From the NCBI GenBank assembly GCA_964016885.1, contig OZ024743.1, forward strand, positions 148,924,001 to 148,988,000: 64,000 bases of DNA. The letters run 5' to 3'. Below are positions 25,800-40,413 of the stretch, one piece after another. This stretch comes from Eledone cirrhosa (Eukaryota). The first letter of the stretch is position 1. Every line of letters starts with the position of its first letter. A model generated the notes under the pieces. That model ran no database searches. It was not told where the DNA came from and worked only from the letters and a program-made list of their open reading frames with translations. Position numbers and translations under genes: made by a program.

Positions 25800-27230
25800 A
25801 CTCATACAGTGACAAGTTTTCTAAAGCTATTTTTTCCCCTAAAGCAAGAGTTAACCTTGTGGGCCTCATGACTTGGGAACACTCTTTTGAGGTAAGTTTG
25901 TAAATCCAAGTGCCCTTTCTGGTGCTATTTCTTTTTCAGAAACTCAACGAAGTCACAAGAGGATAAATCAGGCATGTATATGACATACAAGGAACCAACT
26001 CCACTCCAACATGATGCCTATTCAGGTTTTCACAACAGACTCCATAACTGATTCCAGTTATTTGAGATAGCTGCTGGATAGTGCCCTTTCTGGTGCTATT
26101 TCTTTTTCAGAAACTCAACGAAGTCACAAGAGGATAAATCAGGCATGTATATGACATACAAGGAACCAACTCCACTCCAACATGATGCCTATTCAGGTTT
26201 TCACAACAGACTCCATAACTGATTCCAGTTATTTGAGATAGCTGCTGGATAGTGCCCTTTCTGGTGCTATTTCTTTTTCAGAAACTCAACGAAGTCACAA
26301 GAGGATAAATCAGGCATGTATATGACATACAAGGAACCAACTCCACTCCAACATGATGCCTATTCAGGTTTTCACAACAGACTCCATAACTGATTCCAGT
26401 TATTTGAGATAGCTGCTGGATAGTGCCCTTTCTGGTGCTATTTCTTTTTCAGAAACTCAACGAAGTCACAAGAGGATAAATCAGGCATGTATATGACATA
26501 CAAGGAACCAACTCCACTCCAACATGATGCCTATTCAGGTTTTCACAACAGACTCCATAACTGATTCCAGTTATTTGAGATAGCTGCTGGATAGTGCCCT
26601 TTCTGGTGCTATTTCTTTTTCAGAAACTCAACGAAGTCACAAGAGGATAAATCAGGCATGTATATGACATACAAGGAACCAACTCCACTCCAACATGATG
26701 CCTATTCAGGTTTTCACAACAGACTCCATAACTGATTCCAGTTATTTGAGATAGCTGCTGGATAGTGCCCTTTCTGGTGCTATTTCTTTTTCAGAAACTC
26801 AACGAAGTCACAAGAGGATAAATCAGGCATGTATATGACATACAAGGAACCAACTCCACTCCAACATGATGCCTATTCAGGTTTTCACAACAGACTCCAT
26901 AACTGATTCCAGTTATTTGAGATAGCTGCTGGATTGTATGGTAATGTTTCTTGTGGATGAGTTCACAAATTGTTACCACATTTTCTCTAATTTTGCTAGT
27001 AATTAGATTGCCTGAACACTCATCATCTTGAACCAATATCTAGGCTTGCTACCAGGCTTTGGGTCATTGGGTGGGCTCTCTAATTTGACAAAAATTCTAA
27101 GGCAAAATTTCAGAATAAGCATACAACTATATTTTTCTAAATCTGACCATGCACCATTGAAAATAGAAGAAGAGGCAAGTGCCTTCCAGTATTCCTTTCG
27201 TTGGTGACAGGTCTGTCAAAAGTTGACCAG
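25800..27230 (-). mobile_element. Internally deleted mariner relic containing a tandem amplification (ends approximate)
   Basis: TSKIRENV..I.QLSQITGISYG..ENLN..VP joined to YMPDLSSCDF (YSPDLAPCDF-like motif). Confidence 0.7.
25910..26933. repeat. 6 x 171-bp tandem array derived from mariner coding sequence
   Basis: Units start at 25910, 26081, 26252, 26423, 26594, 26765; no differences seen by eye. Confidence 0.95.
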
Positions 27231-27559
27231 CCTTGAAACTCATATGCCATTATAAAAAAAATGTGTTTGACCTAAAGAATTTTGTATTAGTTTTATAAAA
27301 AATTTGTATTAGCCTTATAAAAAGTTTGATGAAATTATGTTACAAGGATTTATCAACCATCATAAGAACTGCAGAACCGTTCTAAAACAATGTAACAAAA
27401 CTTCATGGAAAAATTGAACACAAATAAAAAGCATGAAGAGAGCAAGTGAAACAAGGAACAAGAAACAACATGGAAGATTCCTTTACAAGTCTCACCACCA
27501 CTGTCACTGTCATTGGCTCTTTAGATGATAGGGAGGATATTATTAATCTTAATAGTAAT

Positions 27560-28676
27560 AATGCTATTGTTGTTATTGCTGATGCTGATGGTGGTGCTGT
27601 AGCAGAGGAAGATGCTGCTGTTGTTGGTAGTGGTGGTGCTGGTGCTGGTGGTTATGGTGGTGGTGGTAGTGGCGGTGGTGGTTATGGTGATAGTGATGCT
27701 GACAGTGGAGTTGCTGCTGTTGCAATTATGTTGATTATCTTGATGTTGATAGTGAGTTTGATGGTGGTGGTGGTGGTGGTGGTGGTGGTGGTGGTGGTGG
27801 TTGTGGTGATAATGATGCTGACAGTGGTGGTGGTGGTGGTGGTGGAGTTGCTGCTACTGCTGCTGCTGCTGCTGATGTTGATCTTGATAGTTGATGGTGA
27901 AGGTGGTGGTTGTGATAATGATGTTGACAGTGGTGGTGGTGGTGGTGGTGGTGGTGGTGGAGTTACTGCTGTTGCTGATGATGATGATGATGTTGATAGT
28001 GAGTATGATGGTGATGATGGTGATGATGGTGGTTGTAGTGATAAGGATGATGACAGTGCTGGGGTTAGTGGTAGTGGTGGTGGTGGTGGTGGTGGTGGTG
28101 GTGGTTGTGGTGTGATGGGGATTGCTAGTGTAATGGTGATGATGATGATGATGATGATGATGATAATGATGTCAATGATGATGATGATGCTGCTGCTAGT
28201 GATGATGTAGTGCTCTAGTCAGATGTCATCAAGTTGTAGTGAGACAATAAATCTCAGTAGATAATCTCTGAATAGTTCCACCATGAATGGCGGAGGGGGG
28301 GGGGGGGGGCAAGGGAGGGGAAGTAAACAAGGAGAGAACAGATGGCTGAAAGGGGGGTGAATACAACTATGTTTGTATATATATATATATATGTGTGTGC
28401 GTATGTGTGTGTAGTGTGTGTATGTTTATGTGTGTATATATATGGATGGCTACATGTATGTAAATATTGTCTGCTTGGGTTTGTGTTTATAAGGTTTTCT
28501 TTGTTTGTTCATGTGTGTATGAGTGTGTGTGCATGTATGTATATGTAAGGGTAGATATATAGATCTCTCTCTCTCTCTCTCTTTATATATATATATATGT
28601 GTGTGTATGTGTGCATATATGTGTGTAAGGGTAGATATATAGATATCTCTCTCTTTCTCTCTCTCGCTCTCTCTCT

Positions 28677-28734
<58 letters not shown>

Positions 28735-28951
28735 GTGTGTGTGTGTGTATGTATGTGTGTAAGGGTAGATATATAGATCTCTCTCTCTCTCTCTCTCTCG
28801 CTCTCTCTCTCTCTCGCTCTCTCTCTCTCTCGCTCTCTCTCTCTTTATATATATATATATATATATATACATATATATATGTGTGTGTGTGTGTATGTGT
28901 ACATTGTATGTGTGTAAGAGTAGATATATATATCTCTCTCTCTCTCTCTCT

Positions 28952-28985
<34 letters not shown>

Positions 28986-29039
28986 AGAGAGAGAGAGCGA
29001 GAGAGAGATCTATATATCTACTCTTACACACATACAATG

Positions 29040-29110
<71 letters not shown>

Positions 29111-29160
29111 CTGTGTGTGTGTGTGTGTGTGTGCGTATGTGTACATTAGTGTGTGTATGG

Positions 29161-29203
<43 letters not shown>

Positions 29204-29303
29204 TATATATAAATATATACGTGTATGTGTCTTTGTGTGTGTGTGTATCTGTATGCGTGTTTATGTGTAGAAACATGTATGCAAAATGTGGTGTGTGTAT
29301 ATG

Positions 29304-29340
<37 letters not shown>

Positions 29341-29361
29341 GCAGATATGTGTGTTTGTATA

Positions 29362-29429
<68 letters not shown>

Positions 29430-29446
29430 CAAACACACATATCTGC

Positions 29447-29489
<43 letters not shown>

Positions 29490-29501
29490 CATATATACAC
29501 A

Positions 29502-29559
<58 letters not shown>

Positions 29560-29684
29560 GTGTGTGTGTGTGTGTGTTTGTATATATATATATATGTATA
29601 TGGGGGAGTTACATACAGTATGTATATAAAGAAAAGATGTAAATGACATTCTGACAGCAGAGGGAAGTCAACAACTGCTGGTGA

Positions 29685-29732
<48 letters not shown>

Positions 29733-29940
29733 CTGAGTGAATATCATTTTAAAGGCAAGGATGATAATGATGTAGGGCAATGCTAATGTTAATGATGATG
29801 ATATCGATGATGATGAGTACTATAGTGATGATAACGATTCTGAGGAGAAAAGATGACACATGGAAGATGACCAAAAATTGCTAACGATCTTTTGAACATA
29901 GTTTTGTTAAATATTATGATGGCCTGCAATAATGTCAATT

Positions 29941-29991
<51 letters not shown>

Positions 29992-30097
29992 ATAGTAGTA
30001 GTGTTGCTTGTGGTGGTGATGGTGGTGGCAAAAATTGCTAACGATCTTTTGAATATAGTTTTGTTAAGTATTATGATGGCCTGCAATAATGTCAATT

Positions 30098-30136
<39 letters not shown>

Positions 30137-30563
30137 TTGCTTGTGGTGGTTATGGTTATGGTGGTGGTTGCGGTGGTGGTGGTGGTTGTTGTTTAGCCTT
30201 TTTTCTAGCCTAGATCAGATCAGAACTATGATCAAATGTGTTCTGGTGAGGACCAACTTGTCTATTTAATGTTATATTGGAAGACATGATCTAAGGTGTT
30301 GTTCTTGTTTCTCTCATACTGATGGTATTGTATAATTTCAATGAGATTTGGCTGTTATTTTTTGCAGAGCAAGCAAGCAAATACATAAGGTAATCATGGT
30401 GAATCTGCAGGTCATTGACTGCATACAGCACATTTGGCTCTTTGAGTGGTCTACATAATTTCAAAATTACCTTGAATATCTTTAATAGTGCAGCCTTCCT
30501 TATAATGAACCATATCTCATGTGGCCCACTTCTCTAAAAATGTTGCCCATTGCCCAACATCAT

Positions 30564-30624
<61 letters not shown>

Positions 30625-30644
30625 CATTGGTTGTAGTAGTAGTG

Positions 30645-30705
<61 letters not shown>

Positions 30706-30725
30706 CATTGGTTGTAGTAGTAGTG

Positions 30726-30767
<42 letters not shown>

Positions 30768-30770
30768 TAA
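27560..30770. repeat. Compound simple-repeat field: (GGT)n/(GAT)n, (TA)n/(TG)n/(TC)n, (ACT)n/(AGT)n
   Basis: Direct reading; the long ORFs here are low-complexity artefacts. Confidence 0.9.
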
Positions 30771-32439
30771 TCATCAGAAATGGCTATAGAGAAAGCAGCT
30801 AGGTAAATGTTAACATTTTTCAATTGAGAGATCTCTCATGTTACTATATTAAGCTAAGGCCATGGTTGCCAGATCAATTTCATAAAAAATAGTACAAATT
30901 TTAAAAAGTAGTAAATGATTTTAGAAAGTAGTCCAAAATTGAAATTTTGTAAACAAATTTCAGAATATACTCTTTTATTCTTTTACTGGTTTGCAGCTTT
31001 TAGTTAAGGCCTTTTAAATTCTGAATTTAAATAGAGCTGAGGTCAACTTTGCCTTGATCCCTTCAGGGTCGATAAAATAAGTTACCAGTTGATGTAATAA
31101 AATTTTTTCTCCCCACAAGTTGTTGGCTTTGTGTCTAAATAAGAAAACATTATTCTCAGTAAGTGAGACACAGCATTACATTGTAATTTAACCAATGGTA
31201 TTGGACATCAGTAGAGTAACCTATCTTTGAGGGTTTACCGATGAGTTATCTTAACTGCTATTTAACCACAGCTCTACTCTGATTAAATACACCTATGGTT
31301 AACTTAGTAGATCCATTACTGGTTGTTTTCACAATTGACAATGTCAATATCTACTAATCAATTAATAGAGCCTAGATGATTCAAACAATACATAGAGCTC
31401 TTTCTTTGACTGTTTCGGGAAGGACATAAATAATTGTTTCTACTTTTGGCACAAGGCTTGCAATTATTCCAGTGCATTACTGGCACTTTATTTCATCGAC
31501 CCCGTAAGAATGAAAGGCGAAGTTGACCTCGGAGGAATTTGAACACAGACCATAAAGGGCTGTAACTCTTTGCTGCAAAGCATGGCGTCTGACCCTCTAC
31601 CAATACTGCCAATCCATGATTTCTGGTTTAGGCACAAAGTCAACAATTTTGGGGCGGGGAAAGTTGATTAAATTGACCTCAATGCATTATTGCCCCATAA
31701 GGATGAAAGGCAAAGCTAGCCTCAACTGGATTTGAACTCAGAATGTAAAGGGCCGTAACTCTGTGTTACAAAGCATGTTGTCCAATGCCAGGCTCAGCAA
31801 GTCAGAGTTTATTCTGGTTACCACTAAGCAACTGAGATCCCAGTCCACCCCAAGATCTTTAGCTGCTGTTACTGGTGCTCATATTTTAAGCTGAATGGAT
31901 TGAGCAATATGAAATTAAGGGCCTTGCCAAAATGCACATAGTGCCACTTAATTCTGGAATCAAACTCAAACAATACAATTATGTGACCAACATCTTATTG
32001 ATTAAGCCATGAGCTTTCACAACATTAACAATAATAGGAATACGTGAATAATTTCAGTTTATATAATATATTTACATCTTTGTAAATGCCCTACAGTCTC
32101 AAGTGTTAAATACTAACCAGAAACCAACAGATATACATTCCAAACATATGAAATAGTAGAGCTGTTGGGAAAAAGATTTACTATTTAAAGTCAATAATGT
32201 GACATCTAATTTCCTAGCAGCTCCTGACTAAAATTCTCAGATGGCTTTCCCACTAAAACAGTCCTCTATTTACCTAACATATTAGTAGATTGCTGCTACT
32301 CTACTTTCAAGCATCTATCTGGCAAACTCAGCTTCAACAGCACCAAAGTTGGTCTTTAGTCACAATATAGAGTGAAAGTAAATAATTTACTCACATACAT
32401 AACTCTCTGGAGAGAGAAATTAAGAAATGTTACGTACAT

Positions 32440-32785
32440 GGAGGCACATGGCTTAGTGGTTAGAGCATTGGGCTTGCAATCGAAAGGTTGTAAGTTCAAT
32501 TCTCAGACCGGGTGATGTATTGTTTCCTTGAGCAAGGCACTTTATTTCACATTGCTCCAGTTTACTCAGCTGTAGAAATGAGATGATAGGGACAGGGGTC
32601 CCTATCATTCCACTGCAGAGTGGTCGTGGAGGTGCCACGGCAAAAAAGCACCCAGCACTCACTGTAAATGAGGTTGGTGTTAAGAAGGGCATCCAGCTGT
32701 AGAAATCAAGCCAGAATCAGTTCCCGTCCCACCCTTGCAAGCAGGGAAAAGTTGACGTAAAATGAAATGATGATGATGATGATGA
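32440..32785 (+). mobile_element. CORE-like tRNA SINE with RTE-type tail (also 38565-38975 +, 46975-47092 - partial)
   Basis: A box TGGCTTAGTGG, B box GTTCAATTC, CCTTGAGCAAGGCACTTT CORE-like block, tail AGAAGGGCATCCAG..(GAT)n. Confidence 0.75.
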
Positions 32786-32794
32786 TATACATAT

Positions 32795-32833
<39 letters not shown>

Positions 32834-33409
32834 CATGTTTGCGTGCCTGCGTAAATGTGTATGTATATTTGTATCTTTGTGTGTGGATATATGTGTGTTT
32901 CTACAAGTGTGTTTGTGAATGTGTATGCCCGCATGTTGATGCATCTATGCATAATATATATAGATTAACCTTTTAACTTTTATGGCTAATTCCTCAGTTG
33001 AGACTACATGAGGTAAGCTCTCATTGTCCTATTTATTCTCTTCATTCAGTAATCTCTCATAGCAGAACTTCCATGGCACTTTCTTTTTGGCATCAGTCAA
33101 AGAAAGTGATCCAATATCATTTCACACAAACTTTACCCTAGGCTTGTCTCAATTGTTTCTAGTACACTGTCTTGTAATCTGGAATATTTCAGTCATCTGA
33201 TCCTCATGACTTGTACAAAGTTGTTCTTTTTTGCTTCTCCATTGCTAAATATACCATATATACATATATAAATATGTATATATATATATATAGGATTTCG
33301 CTTCAAGCATAGCTTTATACAATATGTATAGAAATTTTGTATCAGTCTAAAAACATTTTTTCCGATTCCGCCCTACCCATCCCTTCAATGTATCTAATTT
33401 TTCATTCTT

Positions 33410-33445
33410 TCTTCTGATGAAGGACTAGCGGCCGAAACGTTAAGA
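33410..33445 (+). ncRNA. Minimal hammerhead ribozyme (family copy 56070-56105 -)
   Basis: tctt-CTGATGA-a-ggac tagc g(g/t)cc-GAAACGTT-aaga. Confidence 0.65.
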
Positions 33446-33561
33446 CCCTCTTCCTGCTATATCAAACGTTAACCAAATATATAATTTCCATATTCTGTAC
33501 CGATTGTGTTATTTCTGTTTATTTACATACATATATATATATATATATAATAAAGAATGGG

Positions 33562-33633
33562 ACCCCGACGAGTGAGCTCTTGCCATTTCAATAACCCTTT
33601 ACAGATTTATAACTGGCTGTATCATCAGGAGGA
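33562..33633 (-). ncRNA. Degenerate full HHR of the 2400/39860 hairpin family
   Basis: cctc-CTGATGA-tacag..ctgta..GAAA..gagctc..GTC-gggg. Confidence 0.45.
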
Positions 33634-33860
33634 GTAGCTTGTCCAAATAAGGGCAGACATTGTTTATCCAACTGTAAAATCTCTGTAGGTAACACGGTAA
33701 AAACCTCCCAGTCCACACTGTAAACGTGGTTGATGTTAGTAAGGGCATCCAGTTGTGGAAAACCCGCCAGACAGTCCTATACGAGCAGGACAACCAATCT
33801 TGCCTCAAGTGGGAAAACTCCCGTCCAAACTCATGCAAGCGTGGAAGATGGACGTTAAAC

Positions 33861-33893
<33 letters not shown>

Positions 33894-35843
33894 AAGTGTT
33901 TTTTTTTAATGATGAGGGAGTGGTTATGTATATAGATATCTGGCTCAGCGAGTGTTTCTATGTATGTGTGTCTATATATGCATCCAAGTGTATCTGCCTG
34001 GTCAATTTGAGATAGAATAATTGTGGAAAGGAAGGAGAAATACATTTATCGAGATTCAAAGTAACTTAAGTACTAGCGTATTTATAGTAAATAAATTCCA
34101 CCAAATTTTACTTTAATAGCACCGGCTAGTAGGCTAAACATGTATAGGTACTCATTATCTTTTTATCATGTTAAATGCATTTATTTAATTTATTTTAATA
34201 GTTATTTTATTATTGATTTCATCAATGCAATCGTTGTCTGCATTTTCTTTAAAAATATATCTGTGCAATTTTTTTTTTAAATATGAATTATTAAGAAAGT
34301 CCAGGATTAGCTTATTTAAATAATTGTTTCTACTTTTGGCACAAGGCCAGCAATTACCCAGTGCATTACTGGTACTTTATTTTATCGACCCCGTAAGGAT
34401 GAAAGGCAAAGTTAACCTCGACGGGATTTGAACTCAGACCATAAAGGGACGTAACTATGCTGGAAAGCATGGCGTCCGACCCTCTACCTTTACTGCCAAT
34501 CCACAATATCCAAATTCCTTAATTTAGTCAACTTGTGACAATAACATATATTGTTGTCTCATCAAGTGTGTGTGTGCACATTGATGAATTGGATGGCAGT
34601 TCCTTGTTTTTTTAGATAACTAAGAAATAAGTTGTCACTTCATTGACAGATATGTTTCCCATTCGATCAACTTGTACTATTCTTTGATTAGAGCGATTTG
34701 CTGCCAGGACTGATGCTAATTCTATAGACCTGTTGTCTGAAGGTCGTGATAACCATGCCTGGGGCAGACATATGCGCACACATACACCCTACACCCGAGC
34801 AAATTTTCTCGATAAATATATTTCTGCCCTCTCTCCATGATTATTCTATCTCAAGTTGACCAGGCAGATACACTTGGATGTGCACATAGATACACACAAG
34901 CATATAAACACTCCCTAAGTCAGAAATCTATACACACAACTGCACACAACCACTCCCTGACCTTAAAAAAAACCCAATTATGTGAAGATTTTACAATTGG
35001 ATAAACAACATATGCCCTTATTTTGGGCAAACCACTCTTTCTGATGGTACAGCCAGTTAACTGCCAAGGCTTTTGGCAATTAGTATAGAACTGGCTATTG
35101 AAATAGCAAGACCTCAGCTGTTGGGGTCCCAACACTTTATAATACAACCATACTCTACTACCCCAAGTATCAAGTACTTTGTTGAATAATAGTCTCACCA
35201 GTTTCAAACCTAATCCATTCTGATTCATGTACACACACACACACACATATATATATATCAGATAGGGTGTGGTAAAAAAAACCAGGTGGGTCATAAGCCA
35301 CCAGAGTACTCAATACTTGGGATAGTAGAGATACTTGGGATATGAAAAGGTTCAGGACCCCAATGGCTGAGTTCCGGTCGTTTTGACAGCTAGATCGAAA
35401 CAGCCGGAGCTCAGCCATCGGGGTCCTGAATCTTTTCATATATATATGTAAATGGAATACTGATGTACAGAAAAAGACCTCACCTGTAAATTGATTTGCT
35501 TCCCAATATCCCCTCAATGCTTGAAAGCAGTAAAGATTTCTCCAACAGAGGGCAAACACATAGTTACCATTATTAGTACAGTGAAAATATATATTAAGAG
35601 AGTCATGGAGAGAATATAACAGGCAAGAACAAAGGAATGTCACTTACTTAATATTAGGAATATTTGTCCAGGAGTATATACCTAGACAGCTGCAGGCTCT
35701 GGCTTAGGATAAAAGATGATAATCCTAATTAATATTAATTAAATTGATTAATAACATGCCAAGATTCTAGCCTTCATTGGTGGGTCAATTCTAATTAATT
35801 GAATAACATATGAGTTAATCAATAATCAGTAATTTATATATTA

Positions 35844-35907
<64 letters not shown>

Positions 35908-35952
35908 TTCATATGGTCGCTTGGAAATACATACACACAAACATACATATAT

Positions 35953-36020
<68 letters not shown>

Positions 36021-36389
36021 TGTAGGTGTCACGTCAAAAAAACACACAGTTCACGCTGTAATGTGGCCGTGTAGGCAACACGGTAAAAACGTCCCAGCCC
36101 CACACTGTAAATGTGGTTGGTGTTAGGAAGGGCATTCAGCTGTAGAAAACCCGCCAGATAGTCCTATGCGAGCAAGATAATCACTCATGCCTCAAGTGGG
36201 AAAACCCCCGTCCAAACCCGTGCAAGCGTGGAACACGGACGTTAAACGTTGATGATGATGATGATGATGATATATATATATTTCCATGAGACCATATGAA
36301 CCTTCTTTATTTCAGATACAGAAAGCATACACCCACCACAACTCCAACAAATATCCACCCCCATCTTCCACCGCTAACACTGACAGCAA

Positions 36390-36710
36390 ATACCTAAACT
36401 TCCAAATTGGCACCATCAATGTGAGCACAATGAAAGGAAGAACGGGAGAGATTGTAGAGATACTAGAACAGAAGAAAATTGATGTTTGCTGTGTGCAAGA
36501 GACTAGACGGAGAAGAGAGTCAGCTAGATTCCTTGTAGGAAAAAGCAGTGCTACAAATTTTTTGGAGTGAGACTAACAATAGACTGGGGGGAGTAGGTAT
36601 ATTATTAACTGACAAATGGGTAATAAGGTAATCTCTATAGAGTGAACGTGAGAATCATTAAACTCAGACTAGTCCTAAATAGAACAATGACCACAATTAT
36701 ATCTGGCGCA
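36390..36710 (+). pseudogene. RTE LINE apurinic-endonuclease (APE) domain fragment
   Basis: FQIGTINVSTMKGRTGEIVEILEQKKIDVCCVQETR. Confidence 0.8.
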
Positions 36711-36873
36711 GGCGGCTCAAAGTCGATGGAAGCCTTGGAGTTGGGAGACACAGGATAACTTGGGATACAGTAATAAAAGCTGACCTTGCTCAATTGCACC
36801 TCTCAAAGATGATGACACAAGACTAAGATCTTTTGCATTATGCAATAATACAGAAGACTCGACTGAAGCTGAA

Positions 36874-36911
<38 letters not shown>

Positions 36912-36996
36912 TGCACTAATCCCACCTCCACCATTCTCTTCCATAAATTTCCCATGAGGACAGGCTGAAGCATACATGTAGTGAAATCTCCAGCCT

Positions 36997-37436
36997 ACAC
37001 TGTAAAGTGTTCATGTAGGTGTCATGACAAAAAGCACCCAGTACACACTGTAAATTGTTCATGTAGGTGTCATGACAAAAAGCACCCAGTACACACTGTA
37101 AATTGTTCATGTAGGTGTCATGACAAAAAGCACCCAGTACACACTGTAAATTGTTCATGTAGGTGTCATGACAAAAAGCACCCAGTACACACTGTAAATT
37201 GTTCATGTAGGTGTCATGACAAAAAGCACCCAGTACACACTGTAAATTGTTCATGTAGGTGTCATGACAAAAAGCACCCAGTACACACTGTAAATTGTTC
37301 ATGTAGGTGTCATGACAAAAAGCACCCAGTACACACTGTAAATTGTTCATGTAGGTGTCATGACAAAAAGCACCCAGTACACACTGTAAAGTGTTCATGT
37401 AGGTGTCATGACAAAAAGCACCCAGTACACACTGTA
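36997..37436. repeat. 9 x 48-bp minisatellite derived from the RTE 3' UTR repeat
   Basis: Unit acactgtaaattgttcatgtaggtgtcatgacaaaaagcacccagtac; diverged units at 17310-17570. Confidence 0.95.
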
Positions 37437-37729
37437 CAAATACGCATAATGTGAATACATTTGTCTCGAAAATACTTTACCCTTGCATTTATATATATAG
37501 ATTTGAAATTTTGTTTTTGTTTTTTTCCCCCTTTTTCTTTTTTCTTTTAGCTTTTTTTTTTTCTGTTTTTATTATTAATTGTCTCACTAACTCTTTTTGA
37601 GTAAGGAGTACTCAATATTTCCCCTAGTCTGTCATGGCTTACTACCTCTATACGGATGTTTAAATTGAATAAATAAATAAATATATATATGTATGTATCT
37701 ATATATATATGTGTATGTGTGTGTGTACG

Positions 37730-37776
<47 letters not shown>

Positions 37777-38187
37777 GTGTGTGTGTGTGTATTTGTATAT
37801 ATATATATATATACATATATATGTGTGTGTGTGTGTGCTGTCTGGCACGCATGTTTCCGTTTCTCTCACCATGTGCGTTTTTTCAGTTGTCTAAAATCTC
37901 TTTAGAAGTGTTGACTGTATCTTCTTTACACCTGTTGACGAGCCCTGAGAAGTTATGACACCAACACTGTTTATGGCAAAACATCCTCTTCTTTGAGATT
38001 GTCCAAGTGGTTTATAGTTATAAAGGTGGGCTTACACATTTTAATTTACCTCTTTAATTATCATTTATTTCCCACACTTTTCGTAGACTTTATATTCTTC
38101 AAGCCTCGTAATTGAAAACATACCCTTTTTGTGTTTTCTTCTCTATATACTGTATTATGAAGAGTCTAGTACTTATACCTTGAGCTC

Positions 38188-38223
<36 letters not shown>

Positions 38224-39028
38224 GAGAAAAAACGGAGTTAAAGACTCGTTTCAATTCCCTGTAATTTAATGAGCTCAAGGTATAAGTACCAGACTCTTCA
38301 TAATACATATATATATATATATATATAAGTGGAAGCTTAGTAAAATCTAAAATCGAAGCTTTGGCTGTGGCCAAGCAAAGTCGACCTACAATAAGGAATG
38401 AGTTAGCAAAGCACTCAATAAGGGTAGGTCCTTAGTGTAATAACATACGTTTAAATAGCTTGACAAATTGAAAATTGCAAAACCCAACCACACAATACCA
38501 AAGCAACGAAAGAAATTATCAGGTTAAATATATATATATATGGCGGGGGGGGGGGGCGGAGTGAAAGCGCATGGCTTAGTGGTTAGAGCATTGACCTTGC
38601 AATCGAAAGGTTGTGAGTTCAATACTCGGACCAGGTGATGTTTTGTTTCCTTGAGCAAGACACTTTATTTCACATTGCTCCAGTTTACCCAACTGTAGAA
38701 ATGAGATGATAGGACTAGGGTCCCTATCATTCCACTGCAAAGAGGTCGTGGGCACCCAGCTCACACTGTAAAGTGGACGTGTAGGCGCCACGGAAAAAAG
38801 CACCTAGCACTCACTGTAAATGAGGTTGGTGTTAGGAAGGGCATCCAGCTGTTGAAATCAAGTCACAATCAGTTCCTGTATGAGCAAGACAAGGACAGCC
38901 GACCGGACACTGCCCACAACAGGACAACCCGTCTAACCCATGCTAGCGTGGAAGAACGGACATAAGATAATGATGATATATATATATATCATCATCATCA
39001 GCATCACCGTTTTACGTTCGTTCTTATG

Positions 39029-39079
<51 letters not shown>

Positions 39080-40080
39080 GGTGTTGGATGCTTAAAGCGT
39101 CCGTTTGCGGTAGGCCATTTTAGCACTCGACGCTCTCTTAGAGCAGAGTATGATATCGCAGAAAAAAAGAGAATCAGTGTTGCGACGAATGGAATTTATT
39201 GGACATATTGCAATCGTTTCTCTGGCGACCAGCTAGAGGTACGATCGATGTGATGATCGAACCTGACTCTGAAAATCGCAAGGTCCTCAGATACATCTTG
39301 ATTCTGGTCGCCAGAGAAACGATTGTAATATGTCCAATAAATTCCATTCGTCGGAACATATATATATATATGCGGTTCGCACACACATCCCTGCTGACCA
39401 TTATCACAACAACGAACCTCTTTACTACTACTACACACACACACACATATTTGTTGTGAAAGACTTATTTCTCAGTCAGCCGACACAAACCTACATTTGG
39501 CGCAAAATCAATTTTTTACATTCACGTGACCTCTACCGACCAATCAAAATTGTTTTGACCACAAGAAATTTTGCAACACGAATTGGCGCAAAACTTATTT
39601 TAATACCGCTGGAGCCACTTTTTTAACATAAAAACAGGTAGAATTCCCAAAACTAATCAGATCAGAGCAAACATCACGGACGCTCTATCTCAAAATTATT
39701 TTTGAAAAGCATTAGAAATGCGCAACCGGTAAAACTTAAAAGCAAAACTGAATACTAACCAATACTATTACTAATTCTCACTTATTCCTAATTAAACTAT
39801 TTTTCACTGTGAATAATTTGTCAGCATTTTCTATTCCGTTTACCAATATATATATATATATAGGAACGAGTAGGACCCCGACGGCTGAGCTCAAGCCGTT
39901 TCGACGGCTAATTCTGGACTAAAAAATTTAAAAAAATAAAAAAAGTCAAGAATTAGCCGTCGAAACGGCTTGAGCTCAGCCGTCGGGGTCCTACTCGTTC
40001 CTATTACCCACTCTACTACCCTAAGTATTGAGTACTTTGGTGTGTTATGGTCCACCTGGTTCCTTACCACATTTCTTCCG

Positions 40081-40129
<49 letters not shown>

Positions 40130-40194
40130 TATATACATACATATATATATACATACATATATATACATATATATATACATATACATATATATAC

Positions 40195-40225
<31 letters not shown>

Positions 40226-40253
40226 CATATATATATACATATATATATATATA

Positions 40254-40305
<52 letters not shown>

Positions 40306-40363
40306 TATATATACATATAATTTTAGGAATAGCCAAAGAGTGCTTAGAAATACAATGTTTTAT

Positions 40364-40413
40364 TAGCTAACAGTGTTTCATCCATACCCTATGGCAGGAT
40401 TCCTCAGAGCCTA
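40364..40413 (-). ncRNA. Type I hammerhead ribozyme in fold-back element 40320-40860
   Basis: ggct-CTGAGGA-atcc tgcc ata gggta tggat-GAAAC-act-GTT-agct; truncated inverted copy at ~40668-40738. Confidence 0.7.

Noticed and set aside
25910-26933. CRISPR-like or alpha-satellite interpretation of the 171-bp array
   Set aside because: No unique spacers, eukaryotic context, and the unit translates to mariner motifs
27446-28210. 254-aa Gly/Asp/Val-rich ORF
   Set aside because: Degenerate (GGT)n/(GAT)n repeats without splice or homology support
36916-37454. 16-aa Cys/His repeat proteins on both strands
   Set aside because: By-product of a 48-bp non-coding repeat that is divisible by 3
37929-38008. 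HHR-like TTGACGA..AAAAC..GTC
   Set aside because: Non-compensated changes at C3 and G12; probably dead, so not listed as a feature
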